From sequence record MK573636: a stretch of DNA of 64,000 nucleotides; one strand, written 5' to 3'. The position numbers and the translations under genes were made by a program. The notes beneath the pieces are model-generated. The model did not search any database. It saw nothing but the letters and a program-made list of their open reading frames with translations, and was not told where the DNA came from. This stretch comes from Escherichia phage vB_EcoM_PHB13. Positions 26,065-34,480 of this stretch are shown piece after piece (within the stretch, counting starts at the first letter, position 1; the number at the start of each line of letters is the position of its first letter).

Positions 26065-26258
26065 AAATTGAAATTATTGATGACGGTGGATTTTCTTTCA
26101 TGAATGGCGTTAAACTTCCTATTATCGTGGAAGGTCGTCGGTATGGGCTTGATTATCTTGTAGAAACGCAGGAACTACAAAAAGCTGGAGTGCCGATTAA
26201 AGGTTATTTTCCTGAGTATGAATGGTGTTTTCGTGCCAATGAAGCATGGGTAGTGTAA
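26061..26258 (+). CDS. small protein, KIEII/GVKLPII family
   Basis: 65 aa (MKIEIIDDGGFSFMNGVKLPIIVEG...YEWCF). Confidence 0.45.
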   Translation: MKIEIIDDGGFSFMNGVKLPIIVEGRRYGLDYLVETQELQKAGVPIKGYFPEYEWCFRANEAWVV

Positions 26259-26276
26259 CTAATTGAGGATTATATT

Positions 26277-26534
26277 ATGAAGATTGAAATTATTAGTGAT
26301 GCCGATTATTCTTTCTTGAAAGGTGTTAAACTTCCGATCATTGTTAGAGGAACTCCCTTCTATGATAGTTTTTTGGTAACGACCAAAGAATTACGCAAAG
26401 CTGGCGTTTCCTTTGAGGGAATTTACAATGATGATTATGAATGGTGTTTCTTGGATAGATTTGCCCGTAAAGCAGAAAAAGCACGAAAAGAATCATGCTT
26501 TGCTCGCTTTAATAACTGGTTGAGGAAGCTGTAA
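26277..26534 (+). CDS. small protein, KIEII/GVKLPII family
   Basis: 85 aa (MKIEIISDADYSFLKGVKLPIIVRG...YEWCF), tandem paralog. Confidence 0.45.
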   Translation: MKIEIISDADYSFLKGVKLPIIVRGTPFYDSFLVTTKELRKAGVSFEGIYNDDYEWCFLDRFARKAEKARKESCFARFNNWLRKL

Positions 26535-26872
26535 TGAACGAACCGAAAATGTATTTGTTGCTGAATGATTCAGGATACACCTTCTTACAAGGTGTCGAAA
26601 GTGATTCCCGTCCGATTGTATATGGCAAGGAGCATCCGACCATTCCTGGGATCATTCTTGTTACGACAAGATCACTTCGTCGAGTGTCGGAAAGCCCATA
26701 CCTACAAAACGTAAAGCAAGACCGAGAATGGGCTTTCGAGTTGGGTAAAGACCTTGTTGAATGGGTAAACTGTGAAGACAAGAACCAAAGAAATCATGAA
26801 AAGAAGATTGCACGACTTGAACATAGAAGAAAACTTGATGAAATCAAAAACAGGATTCTACAATCAATGTAA
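26534..26872 (+). CDS. small protein, KIEII/GVKLPII family (divergent)
   Basis: 112 aa (..DSGYTFLQGVESDSRPIVYG...REWAF). Confidence 0.4.
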   Translation: MNEPKMYLLLNDSGYTFLQGVESDSRPIVYGKEHPTIPGIILVTTRSLRRVSESPYLQNVKQDREWAFELGKDLVEWVNCEDKNQRNHEKKIARLEHRRKLDEIKNRILQSM

Positions 26873-27101
26873 CAGAGTATTCATTGTCCTGATGGAGTCG
26901 GAAAACTATCCTGAACTCTCTAAAACGCGTTTTCCGTGCGTTGTTGAAGCATATAAGGTAAATGCACCGGATAAACAGTTTATCGTGTTAGCTAGCGAAA
27001 TAGAGCGGCTAGGGGCGATTCCTAAACATGATGAATACGTGTTTCGTAAGGTGTACTCTGTACATCATTTTGATGTAGTAGTTAATTTACTAAAATCATA
27101 A
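26772..27101 (+). CDS. hypothetical protein
   Basis: ORF-track frame; the true start is probably an internal ATG near 26892 after the upstream stop. Confidence 0.3.
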   Translation: MKTRTKEIMKRRLHDLNIEENLMKSKTGFYNQCNRVFIVLMESENYPELSKTRFPCVVEAYKVNAPDKQFIVLASEIERLGAIPKHDEYVFRKVYSVHHFDVVVNLLKS

Positions 27102-27109
27102 AAAAGTTG

Positions 27110-27138
27110 TTGACAGGGGATCGCGTATCCCCTATACT
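27110..27138 (+). promoter_or_regulatory. sigma70-type early promoter cassette with spacer palindrome
   Basis: TTGACA-GGGGATCGCGTATCCCC-TATACT followed by ...ACGAAACACACTTTCTTAAGGAGAATCAAA-ATG. Confidence 0.55.
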
Positions 27139-27180
27139 ACACACATCAAAACGAAACACACTTTCTTAAGGAGAATCAAA

Positions 27181-27459
27181 ATGAGCAATCTGTCTTTCGC
27201 TAAAGTAGAAATTTCTAAAACTCGCGGTGGCTTTAAAATCAAAACTTCCAATATCACTTCCTGCCGTGGTTGCGACCAGTTTGCTCGTGACCTTGCTGTG
27301 AAGCTGGGTATCAAAACCTTTACCGTTGAGAGCGGATCTAACTGGACTACCCTGATTGTTGCTGCCGCTTGGATCAATGGCGAGTATGTGGAAAAAGCAT
27401 ACTTTGACATTTTCTACGACTACGAAGAAAAATGCTTTTATGCACTGCAAGACATGTAA
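27181..27459 (+). CDS. hypothetical early protein
   Basis: 92 aa behind a promoter cassette. Confidence 0.45.
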   Translation: MSNLSFAKVEISKTRGGFKIKTSNITSCRGCDQFARDLAVKLGIKTFTVESGSNWTTLIVAAAWINGEYVEKAYFDIFYDYEEKCFYALQDM

Positions 27460-27468
27460 GGAGGTATT

Positions 27469-27777
27469 ATGGATTTAAACGCGTTAGGCAGAAATCTTTC
27501 TATCTGGGCGGTAGGTGCAATGATCTCGTATCTTGTATTCTGCTTGTATGCCAGATTCGACAAGGACACTAAAGAGGTTGATATAGGAGCATTTTGTATT
27601 GCTGCGATCGTCTGGCCTATAACGTGGATTATTGTAGAAATTGTCATGATCTATAAAGGATTGAAATGTTTTGGTCTATCAATTGCTGGTAAGCCGGAAG
27701 CTAAACCGCGCACGCATAAAGGATTCAGTCCAAAACAGGAAGATGGCGGTCGATATAAACCGGAAGAAGATTTTTAA
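27469..27777 (+). CDS. small membrane protein
   Basis: 102 aa with two TM segments and a charged C-terminus. Confidence 0.4.
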   Translation: MDLNALGRNLSIWAVGAMISYLVFCLYARFDKDTKEVDIGAFCIAAIVWPITWIIVEIVMIYKGLKCFGLSIAGKPEAKPRTHKGFSPKQEDGGRYKPEEDF

Positions 27778-27783
27778 AAACTG

Positions 27784-27812
27784 TTGACATGAAAATGCGG
27801 TTATCCTATAAT
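27784..27812 (+). promoter_or_regulatory. sigma70-type early promoter cassette
   Basis: TTGACA-N17-TATAAT with ATGCGG...CCGCAT inverted repeat around the -10; leader of the GAGGATTATATT-ATG type. Confidence 0.55.
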
Positions 27813-27846
27813 AGCCGCATCAAATGAACGATGTGAGGATTATATT

Positions 27847-28155
27847 ATGTTTATCTCTTCTGCTACTCCAGTTAAAGTTTACGGCGAAACTGTGTATCTT
27901 CCGGCTGGCTATCGCTATGTTATCGTTGACCGTTACGGTGATGTATATGCTTTTAAAGGCCGTCCGGTTGAGATTGATGCTGAATATTGTACATGGGGAT
28001 ATAAAGCCGCTTACATGGATATTCCTGATTTGGGAGTACGCTTAGGAAGATTTGATAATGATGTTAAACCATGCTTGATTAAGTATGCATCCTATGGTAA
28101 AACTGTTAAACCAAATAGCGTCGGCTGGATTGATGACGGCGTTAACGTGAAATAA
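27847..28155 (+). CDS. hypothetical early protein
   Basis: 102 aa. Confidence 0.45.
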   Translation: MFISSATPVKVYGETVYLPAGYRYVIVDRYGDVYAFKGRPVEIDAEYCTWGYKAAYMDIPDLGVRLGRFDNDVKPCLIKYASYGKTVKPNSVGWIDDGVNVK

Positions 28156-28169
28156 TGTGAGGTGAATTT

Positions 28170-28463
28170 ATGCTGTCTACTCGTAAAATGGTTGTTGGTG
28201 TCGCTGAAAATGCTTTAGAAATCGCTGATGAGGCTTTGACCGTCGCTTATGTTCGACGTGAAGAACTGCTACTGAAACACGCGGATCTGTTGGTTGAACT
28301 GAAAGAGACTATGAAAGCGGGTAAAAGCAGTACCGCTATTGCCATTAAACTTTCTGATAGTGAAGATGAGATCGTGGAGATCCACACTAAGATCAAGGAA
28401 GTAGAAAAATACTCTGAAATGCTGCGACACAATCTTGATGAATTGGGGGTAAATCATGGCTAA
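28170..28463 (+). CDS. hypothetical protein
   Basis: 97 aa. Confidence 0.4.
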   Translation: MLSTRKMVVGVAENALEIADEALTVAYVRREELLLKHADLLVELKETMKAGKSSTAIAIKLSDSEDEIVEIHTKIKEVEKYSEMLRHNLDELGVNHG

Positions 28464-28677
28464 GTTACGATCTGGACGAATTTTAACGCTGGCTGAACTG
28501 AGAGAAAAAGGATTAGACCCTGATTCTGTCGGTATAAGACCTATTAATTACATTCTGTTTCTAGAGGGTAAACTCTTTACTAATGCTCATCCAGCATTAA
28601 ATGCACCACATTTTTATAAGTGCAATGACTTTAACGGTTATATCGTTCCAGAATATTTCTTAGAATTTGATGATTAG
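28456..28677 (+). CDS. hypothetical protein
   Basis: 73 aa. Confidence 0.4.
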   Translation: MAKLRSGRILTLAELREKGLDPDSVGIRPINYILFLEGKLFTNAHPALNAPHFYKCNDFNGYIVPEYFLEFDD

Positions 28678-28963
28678 TATAAAACACTCACCGACCGGAA
28701 AGGGGTCGGTGATTTTCAATGACGATAAACCGTTAATCTTAATTCGTAATGGTGACTGGACATTACACGATACCCGTGTTACTATCCATTCACCGCCTAA
28801 AGAGATTCAACGGGAATTGGTTAGGATCGCCCTAACCGATAAGCATAAAGAGGCGGTAGGCTATTCTCTTTTGAAGTTGGGTGTTGACTTTCCTTTCGAG
28901 TATACGCTAACATTCAGAGAGCAGTCAGTGCGATTAACAGAGATTCTATTCTCTGAGATATGA
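28667..28963 (+). CDS. hypothetical protein
   Basis: 98 aa. Confidence 0.4.
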   Translation: MMISIKHSPTGKGSVIFNDDKPLILIRNGDWTLHDTRVTIHSPPKEIQRELVRIALTDKHKEAVGYSLLKLGVDFPFEYTLTFREQSVRLTEILFSEI

Positions 28964-28973
28964 GGATTATATA

Positions 28974-29405
28974 ATGGTTTATCCAACTCCTAGTAAGATT
29001 TACATTGATGATACCCATTTTATGGTTGATATGATGGGTATAAAGTTTAGTGGTATTGTTAAAATTGTAGAATGGGAATTGCACGGTCAACCTGTCACTG
29101 ACTATGACCATTACATTCCTTTTTTGGGTGATGACAATTTTGTCTCGTTTGACCATGAAGGTTACATGATCTTTGAACAGTCTGACGTACCGACCTATCT
29201 GGCAATGATGCAAATTCCTACGAAGGTTTCTGTTGCTGAGGGTGATTGCGATTGCTGCGGTTGGTATAGTGTAACAGATATTAAGTTGCCATCCGGTAAA
29301 GAACTCTATAACGAAGACCATTTTGGAAACTGCAACTTTCCGTGTGATTGGGATGAATTTTTCGAACTGGTAGAAACTGAAAGAACTTATTTAAGGAAGG
29401 GATAA
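28974..29405 (+). CDS. hypothetical Cys-rich protein
   Basis: 143 aa; CDCC and CNFPC motifs. Confidence 0.4.
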   Translation: MVYPTPSKIYIDDTHFMVDMMGIKFSGIVKIVEWELHGQPVTDYDHYIPFLGDDNFVSFDHEGYMIFEQSDVPTYLAMMQIPTKVSVAEGDCDCCGWYSVTDIKLPSGKELYNEDHFGNCNFPCDWDEFFELVETERTYLRKG

Positions 29406-30220
29406 TGAAGAAAGCATTAGGTTTAATTCCCTATACTGGCAATAAGGAAAAGTTATTGCCTGGTGTTAGTAAGTATTTCCCTAAGCACTACAACCGCTTT
29501 GTTGATGCCTTTTGTGGTGGTTTGAGCGTGTCTCTGTATGTTGAAGGTGATGTGCTGGCTAATGACTATGATCACCGTTTAATTGACGCTTACAAGGCCA
29601 TTGATGCGTGTCCTGACCCAGTTTCTACGATCAAGCGGATTATTGCCGAGAATGGTTTGTCTCGCGATGATAAAGATGCTTACATGGCATTCCGCAAGAA
29701 GTATAACGAGAATCCAGATCCGCTATCTCTGTTTGTGTTGATTCAACATAGTTTTAGCAACATTAACCGCCATAACCGGAAGGGCGAATTTAATGCTAAT
29801 TTTGGTCGCCGGACTTTTAACGAAAACGCGGTAGAGCGTGTCCTGAATTTTAAGGAAGAAAACAAAGACGGTCGAATCAGTTTTACGTCTGGACGATATG
29901 ACGAGATCGAGATCTTGCCGGATGATTTCGTTTTCCTTGATCCGCCATATTGGATCACGTCGGCAGAATATAATAAGTTCTGGAGTGAAGAAGAAGAGAT
30001 TAAATTCTACATGTGGATAGAATCATTAATGTCTAGCGGTGCTAAGTTTGGATTAAGCAATGTTACTCACCACAAAGGGAAAGTTAACAACCATCTGCTC
30101 GATTTTATCGAACGTAATGATGTTTCTGTTGTTGAACTGGATAAAACATATTGTTTAGATCGTAGCGGGGGTAAAAAATCCGATACTAAGGAAGTTTATG
30201 TCACCAATGTTAAAATATGA
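29405..30220 (+). CDS. dam: DNA adenine methyltransferase (Dam-like, N6-A MTase)
   Basis: 271 aa; N-terminal AdoMet motif (FVDAFCGGLSV) and catalytic DPPY (FLDPPYW), typical of T4 Dam / GATC MTases. Confidence 0.85.
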   Translation: MKKALGLIPYTGNKEKLLPGVSKYFPKHYNRFVDAFCGGLSVSLYVEGDVLANDYDHRLIDAYKAIDACPDPVSTIKRIIAENGLSRDDKDAYMAFRKKYNENPDPLSLFVLIQHSFSNINRHNRKGEFNANFGRRTFNENAVERVLNFKEENKDGRISFTSGRYDEIEILPDDFVFLDPPYWITSAEYNKFWSEEEEIKFYMWIESLMSSGAKFGLSNVTHHKGKVNNHLLDFIERNDVSVVELDKTYCLDRSGGKKSDTKEVYVTNVKI

Positions 30221-30953
30221 GGTTATACACAAGACTCCAGAAGATAAACGTTTATATGATTTATATCATTCACGGTTTTATTATGATGATGGTTTTCTTA
30301 GGTGGAAGATTCACCCGCACCGAAAAGGTGTTATAAACGGATTAGCTGGAAGTGATACCCCCGATGGGTATCGTATTGTATGGACTGGCGAGCGATACGA
30401 ACGTATGCACCGTGTTATCTATCATATGTTTCATGGTCATTGTCCTAAGTATATAGATCATAAAGACCGAGATCGTTATAATAGCCGCATTGAAAACCTT
30501 AGAGAGACGACAAGCAAACAAAATAATATGAATATGAGCAAGACCAAATGCAAAACATATTCGAAGTATAAAGGTGTGTCGTTTAATAAGAATAAAGGTT
30601 ATTGGACTGGTGCAATAATGTTGGATGGGAAGTCGATACATTTAGGATATTTTCCCTCTGAGATCGGTGCGGCGTATGCATATAATCTTGCAGCGTTGAA
30701 ACATTTTGGTGATAGGTATTGTATAAACGAGATTGATGATATAGAATATGCAAAGTCTGAATATGGCAAGAAGCTCCAAAAAGCAGCAAGTTCCCGTCAT
30801 AGATACGTTTACAAAGTACCAAAACAAGGTAATTACGGTGCTAAAGTTCGCGGTGTGTATATAGGAAGATTTGACACAGAAGATGATGCGGCACGGGCAG
30901 TTAATGCCTATATTATTGAAAATGAACTTGATATAGAACTGAATGAGGTATAA
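30198..30953 (+). CDS. HNH-AP2 homing endonuclease
   Basis: 251 aa; HNH_3-type motif (IDHKDRDRYNSRIENLRETTSKQNNMN) followed by two AP2-like DNA-binding domains (YKGVSFNKNKGYWTGAI..., NYGAKVRGVYIGRFDTEDDAARAVNAYI). Start overlaps the last 23 nt of dam. Confidence 0.75.
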   Translation: MSPMLKYEVIHKTPEDKRLYDLYHSRFYYDDGFLRWKIHPHRKGVINGLAGSDTPDGYRIVWTGERYERMHRVIYHMFHGHCPKYIDHKDRDRYNSRIENLRETTSKQNNMNMSKTKCKTYSKYKGVSFNKNKGYWTGAIMLDGKSIHLGYFPSEIGAAYAYNLAALKHFGDRYCINEIDDIEYAKSEYGKKLQKAASSRHRYVYKVPKQGNYGAKVRGVYIGRFDTEDDAARAVNAYIIENELDIELNEV

Positions 30954-30954
30954 C

Positions 30955-31236
30955 ATGGTAGAAATTTTTGGTTTTGAGGGTTACAACTGTAAGTATTGCC
31001 AGAATGCAAAGCGACTTTGTGAATCGCGTAAGATCCCTTACATCTACATTCCGGTTAATGATGGTGTAGACGAAAACGGTCGTCCGGTAAAGATTGATTA
31101 TATCATTGCCGACATTCAGGATCGCGCAGGGGTAGAAGTTATTGCCACCATGCCGCAGATTTTCTATAATGGTGATTATATTGGTGGTTTTGATGAGTTC
31201 CGTTCCTTTGTAGTCAAAAACAAGATTAATGGTTAA
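30955..31236 (+). CDS. nrdC: glutaredoxin / thioredoxin NrdC
   Basis: About 93 aa with CKYC active site and C-terminal PQIFYNGDYIGGFDEF glutaredoxin signature; T4 nrdC position next to gene 49. Confidence 0.75.
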   Translation: MVEIFGFEGYNCKYCQNAKRLCESRKIPYIYIPVNDGVDENGRPVKIDYIIADIQDRAGVEVIATMPQIFYNGDYIGGFDEFRSFVVKNKING

Positions 31237-31260
31237 ATACCTTCTTTGGAGGGTGAATTT

Positions 31261-31734
31261 ATGTTACTGACTGCTAAGAGTGCTAAAGAGTACAAACAAG
31301 AACTATTCGAAAAACAAGGGGGCATTTGCCCCCTTTGTCAATTGCCACTTTTTGAGGATATGAGCAAAAACCATCTTGACCATGATCACGATCTAGATGG
31401 GAAAGGGCAAGGCCGCGTAAGGGGATTGCTTCATTCGTGTTGCAACCGCCTAGAAGGATCGTTGACCGGAGACTTTAAACGGTTTGGTGTTGGTGCTTTA
31501 GGTGCTGATTTCGTTGTTTGGGCTACAAACTATGTTAATTACATCAAAGGAGACTACACCGACAATCATTTACATCCTCAATATGCTGTTGATAAAGTAA
31601 AACGATTTTCACGCTTGACACGCGCGGAGATGGTTGCTATTATGGACGCAGAAGGTTTCGATTATTGTGACGCTGATACACGAGAAGAAATCACGAAGAA
31701 GTATAAGAAACAATTTATACAAAGATTAAGATAG
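31261..31734 (+). CDS. 49: endonuclease VII (Holliday junction resolvase) gp49
   Basis: 157 aa from MLLTAK; zinc site CPLCQ...HLDHDHDLDG...RGLLHSCCN and overall pattern match T4 endo VII. Confidence 0.85.
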   Translation: MLLTAKSAKEYKQELFEKQGGICPLCQLPLFEDMSKNHLDHDHDLDGKGQGRVRGLLHSCCNRLEGSLTGDFKRFGVGALGADFVVWATNYVNYIKGDYTDNHLHPQYAVDKVKRFSRLTRAEMVAIMDAEGFDYCDADTREEITKKYKKQFIQRLR

Positions 31735-31737
31735 TAG

Positions 31738-31766
31738 TTGACAATAAGAAATGGGAGTAGTAAAAT
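31738..31766 (+). promoter_or_regulatory. sigma70-type early promoter cassette with spacer palindrome
   Basis: TTGACA...GGGAGTAGTAAAATACTCCC...; the -10 is inside the palindrome; leader AAGGAGAATCAACA-ATG. Confidence 0.55.
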
Positions 31767-31797
31767 ACTCCCATCTAATCAAGAAGGAGAATCAACA

Positions 31798-32070
31798 ATG
31801 CGTAAGATGTTTAAATCCGGTGTGGCCTATGTTTTTAAATCTGAGCAAGCACGTAAAGACTTCTTAGAGGATGACTACGAAGGTTTGAAAGATACCTACG
31901 AAGTCATCAAGAATGGGTTTACTGTTCTTAAAGTGTCACCTATTGGTTATGTAAGTGAAATCTCGGTTGATGGGAAAACATATACCGCTAAAGACTTTGA
32001 TCCGCGTTGGGAATTTATGCTTCTTCCGTGTGACCGCATTCTGTTTCGTGCTGTTCAATTAGTGAAATGA
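31798..32070 (+). CDS. hypothetical protein, FKVL/ERKYFKRI-family module
   Basis: About 90 aa; the ORF-track start at 31738 is the promoter TTG. Shares the GFxVLKV...G.V...DG..YTA.DF module with the next two genes. Confidence 0.45.
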   Translation: MRKMFKSGVAYVFKSEQARKDFLEDDYEGLKDTYEVIKNGFTVLKVSPIGYVSEISVDGKTYTAKDFDPRWEFMLLPCDRILFRAVQLVK

Positions 32071-32084
32071 TAGAGGATTATATT

Positions 32085-32645
32085 ATGGTACAGAAAACGT
32101 ATAAATTGTATCCGGCTAAGTCTTCAACTGATGCTGTTTTTGAACGAGGTCGTTATTACACTTTCCGTAATGCTGAGTCCGCAGAGGAATTTATCAAACG
32201 ATGTCCGCAACATAATAAGTTCTTGTATGACGTGCTTTGTAACGGCTTTAAAGTTCTCACTGTTGATGCGATGGGGCGTGTGTATCTGGTAGAAACTCAT
32301 GAGTATGAAGGTGCATCTGTTCTGATTGCTGCAAACGAGCGCAAATACTTTAAACGCATCACTAAAAAGCAGTTTGAAGAAATGAAACCAGTTAAGAAAG
32401 AAGAATCTCTGGGAGATCTGATTAACTTGTTTGGTAAAGTTCGCTCGATCTCCTTTGCGATTGAAGATGACATTACTGACAATAAAATCTTTATCAAGAG
32501 CGCGGAAGACCTGAAAGAGTTTCTTATTGAAAATAGATTTCGGCTGGAAACCTTTCTTGAAAGTGAAATTATTCGACATGATACTTACGCTAAATTCAGC
32601 GCCGATAAAGTAGCTGAACTGAAAGAGATCCAAAAGTCACTTTAA
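32085..32645 (+). CDS. hypothetical protein, FKVL/ERKYFKRI family
   Basis: About 186 aa from GAGGATTATATT-ATG; contains ...GFKVLTVDAMGRVYLVE...ERKYFKRITKKQFEEM. Confidence 0.45.
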   Translation: MVQKTYKLYPAKSSTDAVFERGRYYTFRNAESAEEFIKRCPQHNKFLYDVLCNGFKVLTVDAMGRVYLVETHEYEGASVLIAANERKYFKRITKKQFEEMKPVKKEESLGDLINLFGKVRSISFAIEDDITDNKIFIKSAEDLKEFLIENRFRLETFLESEIIRHDTYAKFSADKVAELKEIQKSL

Positions 32646-32648
32646 CAC

Positions 32649-32677
32649 TTGACATGATGAAACGGGAGTAGTAAGAT
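32649..32677 (+). promoter_or_regulatory. sigma70-type early promoter cassette with spacer palindrome
   Basis: TTGACA...GGGAGTAGTAAGATACTCCC... Confidence 0.55.
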
Positions 32678-32708
32678 ACTCCCATTTAAACAACTAGAGG
32701 ATTATATT

Positions 32709-33887
32709 ATGGCTAAATTCTTTGAAGGTCATTACTATGCATTCCGTGAAGGTGGTAAAGATGAGTTTCTAGACTTTTCTCGCTATTCAATTATTCTGAC
32801 CGATGCTTCGCGCCGTGGTCATATTCGGGTTGCTGAAATCGTCGAAAAGGGCTTTAAAGTATTAGAAAAAGATGACAACGGTCATGTTATTACTATTGAA
32901 GCTGGAGATGTAGTTTATTCCGCTGAGGATATCGTTTATTATTGGGCTACTATGATTATGCACGATGAGCGTAAATACTTTAAACGCATCTCAAAAGAGG
33001 CATACGAAGCGATGAACAAGAAAGAGGATGCAATGCCGACTTACTTTGAAAAAGGTAAATGTTATTCGTTTACACCAGAAGGTTTGCAAGAATTTAAGCG
33101 ATTCTGGGGAGAGCATGATCCAGATCACAAAGAAGCTATGAAACTTGTTGATTTTGTCGAATATGGCTTTTTAGTTGAAGAAGAATTGCACGGATCAGCT
33201 ACCATGATCACCGCGAAAGGTGAAACTGTTAAGGCAGATCGTTTTTGTGATCAATGGGCTTGTGTGTTTGATGGTGGCGAATTTGAATACTTCGCGGAAA
33301 TCACGAAACAACAATTTCATTCTATGCAAGCGGATGGTCAGAGATTTAAAGTAGGTGAACGCTACAAGCCAAATCAGCATAATTTGCCATATTGGTTTAC
33401 CGCTGAAACTGTATCAAGTCATGTTGTTGAAATTGTTCAAAAGCTGGGACAAGGATTTAAGGTGACTAAAGTAGATGATTATGGAAGTGTTGACGCGGTT
33501 GAAATTGATGGTGTAGAATATACACCGAAATCTTTCGGGCTTTGCTGGTATCACTTGATCAGCAATGATGAACGTTATAACTTTGTTGAACTGCCATCTG
33601 AACCGGAAGAAGCACTAGAAGATCATGATCATCTGTCTGAACTGGTTAAACTGTTTGGTGATCTGCCGGATGGTGTAGGCGTGGCGGTAATGGGTGAAGG
33701 TACTGTTATTCGCAACCTGAAAGACCTTAAAAAGTTCTTGATTGACATGCTGCCTAAACTTGATGATAATCTCGATAAAGATATTCAGAATCGCAAAGAA
33801 ATTGTTAAAGATACTGAAAAAGAGATCGAAGAGATTCGAGCAATTCGCCAGAAGGTGAAAGCAGTAAAGAAAAAAGTTAGTGCTTGA
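32709..33887 (+). CDS. hypothetical protein, FKVL/ERKYFKRI family (multi-module)
   Basis: 392 aa with at least three related internal modules (GFKVLEKDDNGHV..ERKYFKRISKEAYEAM; GFLVEEELHG...; GFKVTKVDDYGSV...). Confidence 0.45.
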   Translation: MAKFFEGHYYAFREGGKDEFLDFSRYSIILTDASRRGHIRVAEIVEKGFKVLEKDDNGHVITIEAGDVVYSAEDIVYYWATMIMHDERKYFKRISKEAYEAMNKKEDAMPTYFEKGKCYSFTPEGLQEFKRFWGEHDPDHKEAMKLVDFVEYGFLVEEELHGSATMITAKGETVKADRFCDQWACVFDGGEFEYFAEITKQQFHSMQADGQRFKVGERYKPNQHNLPYWFTAETVSSHVVEIVQKLGQGFKVTKVDDYGSVDAVEIDGVEYTPKSFGLCWYHLISNDERYNFVELPSEPEEALEDHDHLSELVKLFGDLPDGVGVAVMGEGTVIRNLKDLKKFLIDMLPKLDDNLDKDIQNRKEIVKDTEKEIEEIRAIRQKVKAVKKKVSA

Positions 33888-33911
33888 CATGCGAAGGGAG
33901 TATGCTATAAT
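33884..33911 (+). promoter_or_regulatory. sigma70-type early promoter cassette with spacer palindrome
   Basis: TGCTTGACA-...GGGAGTATGCTATAATACTCCC...; consensus TATAAT within the palindrome. Confidence 0.55.
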
Positions 33912-33941
33912 ACTCCCACTTAACAACGAGAGGATTATATT

Positions 33942-34436
33942 ATGTGGGTACAAGATGTTTGGTATACTGTAACTAAAGAAAACCTTGACGCATTCAGCGA
34001 CCAATCTTGCGCTAATAGCTCAATTGCTGGTATACTTACTGATGTGTTTGGTGGTGTAGATAAAATTCGTTTTAAAGTTGTTGTTAGTTCGCTGGGTCAG
34101 GTGAAAGATCTTTACACCGAAGATAAAGACCTTGATCTTGAACTTCGTCTTCGTATTGATAATGCAAGTCTAGGTTATTGGTTTGAAGATAACGAATATG
34201 AATACTTCACACCAGCAATTAAAGTTTTTGCGACTAAACTGGAAGCTGTACTGAATCTACGACCAATTAATGTTGACGGCTACATTATCAAAAATATTCA
34301 GGATTGGGAGTTGTATCTAGATCAGGTTATCCGAAATAGTAAGCAGGAAGCCGCTAATAAGAAGCGACAAGAGATTAAACAGCTTAAAGCTGAACTGGAA
34401 GCGGCGGAAAAAGAATTAGCAGAACTGGTAAAATAA
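33942..34436 (+). CDS. hypothetical protein
   Basis: 164 aa; C-terminal coiled coil. Confidence 0.45.
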   Translation: MWVQDVWYTVTKENLDAFSDQSCANSSIAGILTDVFGGVDKIRFKVVVSSLGQVKDLYTEDKDLDLELRLRIDNASLGYWFEDNEYEYFTPAIKVFATKLEAVLNLRPINVDGYIIKNIQDWELYLDQVIRNSKQEAANKKRQEIKQLKAELEAAEKELAELVK

Positions 34437-34444
34437 CTATCAAC

Positions 34445-34468
34445 GAGCGGGAGAAATCCCGCTTTTTC
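34445..34468 (+). terminator. intrinsic terminator
   Basis: AGCGGGAGAAATCCCGCT hairpin plus TTTTT. Confidence 0.6.
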
Positions 34469-34480
34469 ATAGGTGATACA

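Noticed and set aside
31738-31797. ORF-track start of the 31738 ORF (similar cases at 9230 and 37532)
   Set aside because: These starts fall inside the -35/-10 promoter elements (31738 is the TTG of TTGACA); the true starts are the ATGs at consensus distance from the cassette SD.
32124-32633. 169-aa minus-strand ORF antisense to the 32085-32645 gene; similar long antisense ORFs at 28914-29321, 33615-34004, 35948-36337, 42951-43463 and 58162-58608
   Set aside because: All lie antisense to plus-strand genes with SD and promoter support; the whole early region is transcribed rightward, and these frames are AT-rich and low-complexity.
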